A stretch of DNA of 64,000 nt, taken from Myxococcota bacterium (GTDB taxonomy: Bacteria; Myxococcota_A; UBA796; CAJQPC01). Under the pieces are notes generated by a model that had not been told where the DNA came from, did no database searches, and worked only from the letters and a program-made list of their open reading frames with translations. The position numbers and the translations under genes are program-made. Shown here in pieces: positions 56,003-64,000 of the stretch (position 1 is the stretch's first letter; each line of letters starts with the position of its first letter). The stretch covers positions 134,930 to 198,929 of the forward strand of contig JAZAMN010000008.1 in NCBI GenBank assembly GCA_036229005.1. The letters run 5' to 3'.

Positions 56003-59000
56003 CTACGCCGAGTGGCTACTGGGTGCAGGGAGCCGGCCGCGCACCACAACCAACAGAACTGCACGGCTGGGCTGATCCTGCTTCAGCATGAAGCTGACAT
56101 CGGCTCCGATGCCCGCGGGAGTCTCTGTCTTCTGGCCCACCTCGAGCACAACAACGGCCCCGAAGCGGGAGTGATTCCCGACGGCATACTGAAGGTCCTG
56201 GTCGGCGAAGGTCTTGGCCTCCTCCACCTTGAACGACGCCTTCGTCGTCACCTTCAGCTCAACGGGGATTCCACGGTAGGTGATATCAGTGATTCCCCCC
56301 GCAGTCTTCGGCGCTTCAAGCACCTCGTGGCCAAGTCCTGCGGCGCCCCGCAGGTACAGAAGCGTGAATCGTTGAAACTCGGCTTCACTGACCGTCTTCT
56401 TGAAGGTGTGACCATGCAGACAACTCGCCGCGAACCCGACCAGCTTCGAGGCGAGCACCAGGAAGTCTCGAATGTGCTGGTCTGAAGCTGGTGGCACCAC
56501 GCTTTCCCGCACCCAACGTCGCAGGTCCGCCAACTTCGCATCACCCTCGGGGTACCCCGTTTGCGAGTGCTTTCCGTCGGACGTCGACTCATAGGTGATG
56601 AGCGGCACGCGCAGGTCAGGACCGCTCTCTTCGTCATAGAAGGCTTCATAGGTGATCTGGACTGGCCGAGCTCCAATACTCGTAGCAGCGTGAGACAGCA
56701 GGCGTCCCATCCCTCGAAGCTCCAGCGGCCAGGTTCGGCGGTCGTGCGGGGGAAGCGTGAGCTTGAACTCGGGTGCCTCTACGACCCGGGCGTGTTCGAC
56801 CGTGCGAGGAAGTAGGTTGAGTGTCGAGACGTTCTCGGGGGCTCCGGTGAGCGACACCACGATTCCGAGGTCATAGACTGTTCCTGTGGTCAGCGTCAGC
56901 GTTTGCGACCAGTCTGGCGCGTCGCCGTTGATAGTCCATTCGCCGACCGCCACATGCACACGTGGACGGCGCGGTGTCGGCCGGGCAGTCAGAGGAGCAT
57001 CTGCGCTGGCTTCGTTAGCGTCAGCTGGCTCGATGGTCGTCCCTGTGGCCACTGGGAGGGGCACCGCAACCAGAGCCTCTGCAACCAGTGCGCCTCCGCC
57101 TTCGTCCGAAGCGGACTTGACGCAGTCCAGCACCGTCAGCCAATCATCCGCATCGTTTCCCAGAGCTTCGACGGCGCGCGACGTCCTGAGCACGGCGGCA
57201 CGAAGGAACCTACCGGGGTCGGGTTCTGCATCCAGCACCGCCCTCTGAGCGCGGCCCAGCAAGACTACGGCCTGCACGAACTCTGCGAAGGCGTTCCAGT
57301 GGGGCCTGATGTTTGCTGGCGTGAGTCCAGCGACAATCTTGGACAGGGCGGTCGCGGCACCTTCGAGGTCACTTGAGCCGCCCGATCCACTGGAAACGTT
57401 GACGAGCACTTGCACCGCGCGTGCCCTCGCGACCTCCCCGGCTTGCCCGTACTCGTCATCGCCCGCCTCCGCGAGCTCTGACACGAGTAGGCCTCGCCGT
57501 GCCGTGTCACCTCGCGCGATCGCCTCCTCAAGTTCCAGGGCTCTCCTCCGTAGGTCGAGCGCCTGCCGGCGCGGGCCGGTCCACTTGTAGGACGGGATCG
57601 CTGTGAGTAGGCGGTCAATCAGCAACCTCGCGGCACCCCACCGCGCGCCCCACGACAAGAACGTGGTCGCCTCCCAGATCTGGCCACCCCGTCCAGCAGA
57701 CACTTCATGAACAACGAAGTCGTAAGCGGCATCGGCGAGCATGGACGCGTGCCTGACCGGTGCCAGCCAAGCGGCGGCAATCCAGTCATCCCAGAGGTTG
57801 TCCGAGAAGTGCTCGGCCTTCGGAAGGTCTGCCCACTGCACCCAGAACTCATCTTCGTCGTCCGCCACCCCATGAAGGCTGCGGAGAAGGCGAAGGCGGT
57901 CGTGGACCATGTCCGACTTCGACGCGAGCCGCACGGAGATCACGGGGAGGAGACGTGCATACTCTCCTCCCAGCCCTCCGATTGACTGCCGCAGCAGCCT
58001 GACCAGAGCCCCCAAAAAGTTGGACCCATAGCTGTCGGCCTGCTTCGAATACGCCAAGGCGAGGTTCAGCGCGGCAACCGCAACTCGAGGTCGAATCTCT
58101 GCCGGGAGGCTCGCCCATCGCATCGCCTCCGTGGCTCGTTGGTGCACGATGTTGTAGGGGTCGGCCAGTTGGACGACTGCGAGTTCGTGGAGCAACGGGG
58201 GCAGGCCGGTAGGACTCTGCTCCACAAGCTTCCCGTAGAGTTCTGCGCCGGCTGAACGAATGACCTGTTCCTCATGCACCATGCAGGTGTACGCAACGTG
58301 GACCAAGGGTCCTCGAGCTCTCGGCACGTTGACCACCGACCCGAGTGCCCGCACCCCGCGGGCTGCCAGAAACAGGTCCTGAGTCCACAACGCGACAAGG
58401 ACATCTGCAATCTCTTCCACGGCAGAGCTGGACTCGTACGCCGCGGCGAGGGCCGCTGTCTTGAGCACAGCGGAGGACAACTGGACCAGCCCATCCCTGG
58501 CCGCTTGGTGCTCCATCCGTTGAAGGGAAGTCACCAGCAAAGACTCTTGGCTCTGCATCGACTGTTGAGCTCTGGAGACTGCGAGAACAGCCCCGAACCA
58601 CTGCATGTGCTGGCCAGCGAGCGCGTCAGGGTGGTGATCGCGCAGCCACCTCACGATACCCGACTGGATACGGACCGCCTCCGCAGACGAAGAGCCACCT
58701 ATCTCAGAAATGACTCGACTGGCGACTACTGGAGCGAGCGCGGCGTGGGGTTGGACTGTGTCGTCGAACCGCGCCATATGCAATGCGTCGTGATAGGCGT
58801 GAAGCCAACTGTCAGCAAGCTCACCACCGTTTCGGTCTCTAACGGCGCTGATTGCCTCATCGGCCTCCGTTGGGTGGTGAGCGAGAAGGTCCCCGAGCGC
58901 TCGCTGAACGGCATTGCCACGCCTGCCGAACCTGAGGGAGTCCCCCTGGATGTGCCATGCACGAGCCAGCTCACCCGGCGCCCATCCCACCAACTCGCTG

Positions 59001-59938
59001 TGCTCACGGGCAATCAAGGCCAGGGCCCTCGCTGCCTGGTCCTTCGTGGTGGCTTCCTGGAGGAGGATTCTGATTCGAATGGCGACCCTTTCGGGGTATT
59101 CCGAGTACAGCGAACTCAACGGCTGAGAATCCCCGCTCACCGCGCCGCCATGCCAATCGTAGGGTGCCGCAACCATCACCATGTTGTCGACAGCATGGTC
59201 GACAACATCGGGTTCGAGCCCGACAGAACGGGCACCGCGAATCAGGTGGCTCGACTTGATGCCGTCGACTTGAGGACCGCTGGCCGCCACAGCAACAAGA
59301 AGGGAGCCGGCGGTACAAACTCCGAGAGCCTCAAGAACGGGAAGACATAGGTTCCCTCGCTGCGAGTCCACCTGGCCCACCTGAATGATCGCGTCGACGA
59401 CGCCTTCGCTGAACAACTCTGGGCTCACGGTTGCCAGTGAGAGAAGCCGCTCGTCGTCCTGGGCTGGGTCTCGGTCGATCTCGTCAAGTATGGAAAGCAC
59501 GTCCTGAGTCGGTCGAGGGGCCGCTGCAATCAACTTTCCTCTGACTGCCACCCTCGACGCCAACCCCGCTTCTTCCTGCTGCCGCTGATGCTGCTCGTGC
59601 TCCGCGGCGCTCTGACGCTCCCGATCTCGCCGAGCGAGCAACTCCCCCACATTCGGTAGGCCGACGGGCTCTCTCTCGTTGCAGGCACGGCAGTGTAGAT
59701 CGACAAACTCGACCGCGAGCGGCTTCAGGTTCATACCGGTCATGCTCGGTTCGGATGCGAATTGGCACGCAAGGAACCCTCCAGACACCGGAAGCCCCGT
59801 CATCTGCTCGACGATACCGACCCCCAGAAATGGGCTGCCCTCCACTCTGATGTGGGTGCACCAGTTCTGGCAGAGCCGGATGATCTCGCGATTGCGCTCG
59901 CCGATCCGAACAGCGTCATCGAAGATGTCGTCCGGCAT
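56003..59938 (-). CDS. 1311-aa protein: Cys-rich N-terminus, helical middle, C-terminal PD-(D/E)xK nuclease
   Basis: CxxxC, C, CxxC; SEAEFQ, GGITDI, PVELKV, Q..QY. Confidence 0.7.
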   Translation of the reverse strand: MPDDIFDDAVRIGERNREIIRLCQNWCTHIRVEGSPFLGVGIVEQMTGLPVSGGFLACQFASEPSMTGMNLKPLAVEFVDLHCRACNEREPVGLPNVGELLARRDRERQSAAEHEQHQRQQEEAGLASRVAVRGKLIAAAPRPTQDVLSILDEIDRDPAQDDERLLSLATVSPELFSEGVVDAIIQVGQVDSQRGNLCLPVLEALGVCTAGSLLVAVAASGPQVDGIKSSHLIRGARSVGLEPDVVDHAVDNMVMVAAPYDWHGGAVSGDSQPLSSLYSEYPERVAIRIRILLQEATTKDQAARALALIAREHSELVGWAPGELARAWHIQGDSLRFGRRGNAVQRALGDLLAHHPTEADEAISAVRDRNGGELADSWLHAYHDALHMARFDDTVQPHAALAPVVASRVISEIGGSSSAEAVRIQSGIVRWLRDHHPDALAGQHMQWFGAVLAVSRAQQSMQSQESLLVTSLQRMEHQAARDGLVQLSSAVLKTAALAAAYESSSAVEEIADVLVALWTQDLFLAARGVRALGSVVNVPRARGPLVHVAYTCMVHEEQVIRSAGAELYGKLVEQSPTGLPPLLHELAVVQLADPYNIVHQRATEAMRWASLPAEIRPRVAVAALNLALAYSKQADSYGSNFLGALVRLLRQSIGGLGGEYARLLPVISVRLASKSDMVHDRLRLLRSLHGVADDEDEFWVQWADLPKAEHFSDNLWDDWIAAAWLAPVRHASMLADAAYDFVVHEVSAGRGGQIWEATTFLSWGARWGAARLLIDRLLTAIPSYKWTGPRRQALDLRRRALELEEAIARGDTARRGLLVSELAEAGDDEYGQAGEVARARAVQVLVNVSSGSGGSSDLEGAATALSKIVAGLTPANIRPHWNAFAEFVQAVVLLGRAQRAVLDAEPDPGRFLRAAVLRTSRAVEALGNDADDWLTVLDCVKSASDEGGGALVAEALVAVPLPVATGTTIEPADANEASADAPLTARPTPRRPRVHVAVGEWTINGDAPDWSQTLTLTTGTVYDLGIVVSLTGAPENVSTLNLLPRTVEHARVVEAPEFKLTLPPHDRRTWPLELRGMGRLLSHAATSIGARPVQITYEAFYDEESGPDLRVPLITYESTSDGKHSQTGYPEGDAKLADLRRWVRESVVPPASDQHIRDFLVLASKLVGFAASCLHGHTFKKTVSEAEFQRFTLLYLRGAAGLGHEVLEAPKTAGGITDITYRGIPVELKVTTKASFKVEEAKTFADQDLQYAVGNHSRFGAVVVLEVGQKTETPAGIGADVSFMLKQDQPSRAVLLVVVRGRLPAPSSHSA

Positions 59939-60050
59939 GTTGTTCTCCGCCTCGGGTCACGGTCGGTGCGGAGAATCGTATCCAAGGAACCGCAATCTGC
60001 CGATCCCTACCTCCCCGCCGAGCCCATTCCCGGCGGGGAGGCCCGGCCTC

Positions 60051-60479
60051 TCAGCCGGTGCGGGCCGCTCCCCGACCAGGGAAGGGTGCGACAGCTCCTC
60101 CGGCCGGGGTGTCGACAGACTCGTCGAAGTCGTGGTGGATGAGCGCCGCGCGCCCGACGAAGGCGCGCGTGTGGGCAAGGCGCACCAGCCGCTCGGCCTC
60201 GCGCTCGGCGTCCGAGGGCGCCATGCCGGCGTCGAAGGTCAGCATGCCGGCCCGCTCCTCGAAGTCGGCGATGTCGTCGTCGGACCACGCCGCGCGATCG
60301 ACAGGCAGCACCGCCCCCGCCTTCACGAGCGCGATGAGGCTCCCTCGCACGCGCCCTGCCGCAGCCCGGAGCTCGTCGTCGAGCGTCCCGGCGGGCGCCC
60401 GGAAGCGCAACCGCTGGTCCTCGACCCAGAGCTCAGCCCCGGCAGAAACCAACGCCAGCAGCACGTCGGGCGCCATCAC
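60051..60479 (-). CDS. TubC-N-like small protein of primase modules
   Basis: GAELWVEDQRLRFRAPAGTL; FEERAGML.FDAG...AE. Confidence 0.65.
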   Translation of the reverse strand: MMAPDVLLALVSAGAELWVEDQRLRFRAPAGTLDDELRAAAGRVRGSLIALVKAGAVLPVDRAAWSDDDIADFEERAGMLTFDAGMAPSDAEREAERLVRLAHTRAFVGRAALIHHDFDESVDTPAGGAVAPFPGRGAARTG

Positions 60480-60497
60480 AGCTCACCTTCCTCGAGC

Positions 60498-61478
60498 TCA
60501 GGGCTCCCCGGCTCGGAGTGACGGATGACGGGGGACCTGCTTGACCAGGGCCTCGGCCAGCGGCACCCCGGCCTCGGCCTCGACGGCGGACACGAAGCGC
60601 GTGCCGACCAGGCGGGCGAGGTCGTTGCGGACGCCCTCGCCCTCGCGCTTGAGGAAGGTCGTGAAGTCGGTCTGGGTGGCGTAGTCGCCGAGCAGCGCCC
60701 GGATGGTCTCCAGGAAGGTGCTCTTGCCGTTGGCCCCGGTGCCGTAGAGCAGCAGCAGCACCTGCTCGCTCGTGTGCCCGGTCAGCGCGTAGCCGACGGC
60801 CCGCTGGAGGAAGCCGACCAGAGCCTCGTCACCGCCCATGCAGCGCAGCAGGAAGGCGTCCCAGCGAGGACAGACGGCCGCCGGGTCGAAGGGGACGGGG
60901 GCGAGCCGCGTGAGCAGGTCGGCCCGGTCGTGGGGGCGCAGCTTGCCCGTGCGGAGGTCCAGCGTGCTGTTGGCGACGTTGAACAGGTCCGGGCTACGGT
61001 CGAGGTCCTCGGTGGCGACCGGCAGAAGGGCCTGGGCGAGGCCGGTCATGGCCCCGATGCGGGCGGCGGACTCGCTGTCCAGCGCGTGCTTGACGAGCTG
61101 GTCGCGAGCCTCGGGCTCGCTCAGCGTGCCGGCCTCGGCGGCGATGGCCCGCAGCGTGTCCCGGCACCAGCGGGTGGCCCCGCCGTCGGTGTCGCGGGTC
61201 CACCGCTTGCCGTCGAAGAAAAGCCAGGTGCCCCAGGTGTGCACGTAGCGGAAGCGGTCGCCGGCGAAGGCAGCGAAGCGTTCGGCGTTGCCGAGGTCCG
61301 TGCGGTTCGCGGCCAGGAGCACGGAGGTGGGCTGGTAGCGCACCGCGCTCTCGGCAATGCGGCCGACCTCGGCGTCGTCCAAGGGCGGCTGGCAGCGCGC
61401 ACGGTTCGTCTGTGCGAGTGCGTCGCGGATGGTCTCGAGGTCGGCCCCCCGCCGCCGCATGGCCCCGGCGAGGCTCAT
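60498..61478 (-). pseudogene. truncated P4-family primase/helicase (PriCT-D5_N-SF3)
   Basis: NRARCQPPL..EV..IA, TDLGNAERF, GTGANGKST; breaks off after LVKQV and lacks the prim-pol domain. Confidence 0.85.
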
Positions 61479-61529
61479 GACCGTGCTGTAACGGTCGCCA
61501 GACGGGATGGGCGGGCCGGCCTCGGGGCT

Positions 61530-61767
61530 CGGTCGTCAAGCCGTTGCAGGAAGAACAGAACGGCACAATCCATTCCCCCGTCTCTCCCTTCGTTGTCGAG
61601 ATGATGTGGGCACCAAGTGTGGGCTTGCTGGAACAGCCTGCCCGCGAACACTTGCTTGGCCACGCCTTTCCTGCCCCCTTGGTCCAATGGGCCATCCAAG
61701 AACCGCACCCACAACTCCGGTCCTTGATCCCCTTCTTGTTCTTCCATCCGCTTGAGTTCACGAGCAT
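61530..61767 (-). pseudogene. Cys/His-rich HNH-like small protein, 3' end fused to primase remnant
   Basis: CGCGSW..HW, C....C, GAH, VPFCSSCN. Confidence 0.5.
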
Positions 61768-61779
61768 CCTTCGGTTGGT

Positions 61780-62343
61780 TCAGTGAAGCCAGGCCACCGC
61801 CTGGCGCGAGTCCAAGACCTGAAGGACCTCTTCGAGGACAAGATCCAGGTTCCACTCATCGAGTACGCCGGGCCCGGCCTGCAAGCTTCTGAGTGCCTGA
61901 GCCAACCGGTAGACAGCGACCTCGCCACTCTGAGACCTGAGCACTCCCAGCTCGGCCTCGAGCTCCGAGAGAAGGTGGACAGCGGCCTCTCCAGCATCGG
62001 GTGTGAGCGCTGCAGGGCGGCGCTCCGCTACCGCCCAGAGCGTGACCGTCCGAGGCCGGATCTCCACTACGCGGACGCGCTCCAGGCCCTCAAGGCAGAC
62101 CTTCTCTTGCCCGCCCGCAGTCTGGAAACGGCGGACGATGCGAGCGGTGCACGCGAAGGGATGGAGTCGTTCGAGCCGCCTGGGGCAAGTGGCATGCGGG
62201 TTCCGCTGCGGAGCTCCCACCAGCATCCCTCCCTCGCCAAGGCGATCGAGCAGAGAGATCGTGGACGGCCGGCCCACGGACAGCTCGGTCAAGCAGCCAG
62301 GCAGCACTGCGCAGTCACGCAGAGGAAGCAGCGGGTAGTTCAT
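61780..62343 (-). CDS. stand-alone LON substrate-binding domain
   Basis: PLLPLRD.AVLPG...L.VGRP.TI; CTARI; LEGLERVRV; no AAA+ or protease domain. Confidence 0.7.
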   Translation of the reverse strand: MNYPLLPLRDCAVLPGCLTELSVGRPSTISLLDRLGEGGMLVGAPQRNPHATCPRRLERLHPFACTARIVRRFQTAGGQEKVCLEGLERVRVVEIRPRTVTLWAVAERRPAALTPDAGEAAVHLLSELEAELGVLRSQSGEVAVYRLAQALRSLQAGPGVLDEWNLDLVLEEVLQVLDSRQAVAWLH

Positions 62344-62573
62344 GCCCTTTCAACATACCCAAGCCCCACTGTGTCCGTGATTTCAGCCCATTTCAGGCAG
62401 GCTACTCCTTCCTCAGCGAGGCCAACACCCGGTCCCCTGGCGCTCCGGAGGTCTACGAAGTCCAGGGCGAGGCCTCCGTTGTCGGGATGCAGTACCTTCG
62501 CTCGACGCCTGAAGGGTGAGCTCACCTCTGCGATTCTGGCCCCCGGCTCCGCTCCCAGCACCTCGTAGTCCAT
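62340..62573 (-). pseudogene. J-domain (DnaJ) fragment
   Basis: YEVLG....FRRRAKVLHPDNGG. Confidence 0.6.
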
Positions 62574-62769
62574 CCCCAGCTTACCAGCGGGCTCCCAGCG
62601 TCGCAGGCAAGCGGCCTCCGGGAACGAGAACGCCAGGTAGCTGAGCACCCTTGGGATGGGCGTACCGTAGAGATCTTCGGTGTCGTTGCAGAAGAGGTAG
62701 TAGCCCAGCGGGACGGCCGCCTTGTCGTGCTGCCAGCCGAGCTGATGACGCCAGTGCCGACGCAGAGGG

Positions 62770-62870
62770 CCTTGAGCATGTGGTGGACCACGGCGCGGCC
62801 GAGCTCCGCCGGGATCCCGTTGCCGACCTGGGAGCGGGCCTGGCGAGGCGAGACCGGGAAGTCGTACCAG
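62770..62870 (-). pseudogene. C5 cytosine methyltransferase C-terminal fragment
   Basis: DFP......QVGNGIPAELGRAV (motif X-like). Confidence 0.5.
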
Positions 62871-63174
62871 TTGGGCTGCTCGCTGGCTACGGCAGCAAAA
62901 CAGTCAGCGACCAGACGGATCTCGTTGAATTGTGGAATCTCTCTCGAGTCCAGTGTGCGTTGCGACACTTCGTCGCTCCCCCGTCGTGGCAAGGCCCCTC
63001 GCATTGACGCCGCAATCCGGACGCTATTCACTCGTCGAACACCGCGCCTAACGAGGCCTGTCATGCCATCCCTTGGCGTGTAACTAGCACCGCAGTACCG
63101 CCCCCTGCCGGCCCCTGCCGGCCCACGCCCACCAACAGCCCCAAGTTATCGAGATCACGTGGAACCCCCTGCAT

Positions 63175-63222
63175 TTCGGGAGCAGGAAGTCGTGGGTTCG
63201 AATCCCGCCACCCCGACCATCC
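63175..63222 (+). repeat. attR: duplicated 3' half of tRNA-Pro
   Basis: 48/48 identity with 31210-31257. Confidence 0.95.
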
Positions 63223-63456
63223 AATAGCCACCGCCTCCCGAGCGGTGGCTTTTCTCCTTCAGGCGCCGAGCGTCCTCTTCAGGCCGCGAGCGTCCTGCGA
63301 CCTCCTGCGCGACACGTGGGCCGGACGGCCGGACCCTCGACTCCCGCCACCCCGACCATCCAATAGCCAACGCCTCCCGAGCGGTGGCTTTTCTCCTTCA
63401 GGCTGCGAGCGTCCTCCGACTTCCTGCGCGACACGTGGGCCGGACCCTCGACTCCC
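63203..63456 (+). repeat. tRNA-linked tandem repeats (139 and 111 bp units)
   Basis: TCCCGCCACCCCGACCATCCAATAGCCA recurs at 63203 and 63342. Confidence 0.85.
63226..63254 (+). terminator. Rho-independent terminator (probably the native tRNA-Pro terminator)
   Basis: AGCCACCGC-N7-GCGGTGGCT-TTT. Confidence 0.8.
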
Positions 63457-63738
63457 AGCGCCCTCCTCAGCCTCCCCAGGAGAGGGGGGAAGTGCGATCT
63501 GCACCAGCCGAAGTCCCTGGCCCACCGACCTCCACGTGGAGCTGCCCTGTCTCGCTCGGCAACAGGCTCGCAGACGAGGACCGGCGATCCATCTTCGACC
63601 CGATCCACCGATCCTGCGCGAGTGGATCGTCCTCTGCCGCCCCAAGAGGAGCTCCCTTTACGGAGCTTGCCCGGTCCTTTCGGGGCCTCATGGGCTCCCC
63701 CCGAACCGGCCAAGGAGATCAGGGGCGGACGCGATCGC

Positions 63739-63985
63739 TTGACGCAGTGTTCAGGGGTCGATAGGAGCGGGGGCCGCCAACGAGGCGCTGCTGAAACGCT
63801 CTTCGGAGCTGGCCAGCGAAAACAAAAATCGCCTTGACACTCAACGCGAGGGTCGATAGAAGGCGGGGGCGCCGAAAACGCGCCGACTCGGAAACGAACT
63901 GGAAACAGTCCCGAGTCACCCTGGCAACCAACTCTCCGGAGTTCGCTGCCAGGAACCAACGGGAACGCCCGTCGGTCTTTGAAAA
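63739..63985 (+). promoter_or_regulatory. tandem P1/P2 sigma70 promoters and boxA, rRNA-operon-type leader
   Basis: TTGACG-N17-TAGGAG (63739), A-tract then TTGACA-N17-TAGAAG (63834), GGTCTTTGAAAA (63974). Confidence 0.7.
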
Positions 63986-64000
63986 ATAGGTAACAGCTCT

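Larger units (their letters stand above)
31210..63222. mobile_element. ~32 kb genomic island integrated in tRNA-Pro
   Basis: 48-bp direct repeat at 31210-31257 and 63175-63222; integrase and xis near left end; primase remnant; atypical composition. Confidence 0.92.

Noticed and set aside
63175..63222. Second tRNA-Pro gene
   Set aside because: Only the 3' half from the anticodon loop is present; it is attR.

Overview
High-GC bacterial chromosome segment. The gene content (hemL-atpI-atpB-atpE F0 cluster, AgmX/PglI-like, TPR/sulfatase and STAND-TPR-wHTH proteins) suggests Myxococcota or another delta-proteobacterium-like lineage (inference). Bases 1-31.2 kb are housekeeping and envelope genes, almost all on the minus strand up to 25 kb. 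They include an anthrax-PA/binary-toxin-B-like lipoprotein, a two-domain RNase HI, a cluster of DnaA-box-like motifs and a 31-bp repeat family. A ~32 kb genomic island (31210-63222) is integrated in tRNA-Pro(CGG), bounded by a 48-bp direct repeat, and carries a tyrosine integrase and excisionase. The most interesting element is an Rhs/Tc-BC toxin locus built like a shufflon. One giant Rhs gene and three orphan C-terminal toxin/immunity cassettes share an identical 30-bp core containing a perfect 16-bp palindrome (CTTCCCATATGGGAAG). The four cores alternate +,-,+,- around a second intact tyrosine recombinase and an AbiE toxin-antitoxin pair. The four tips look different: unknown, HExxH metallopeptidase, colicin-M-like, and PD-(D/E)xK nuclease. 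The rest of the island is a large putative defence nuclease plus gene fragments. The window ends in tRNA-linked repeats and an rRNA-operon-type tandem promoter with boxA. All family calls come from motif recognition by eye; no searches were run.
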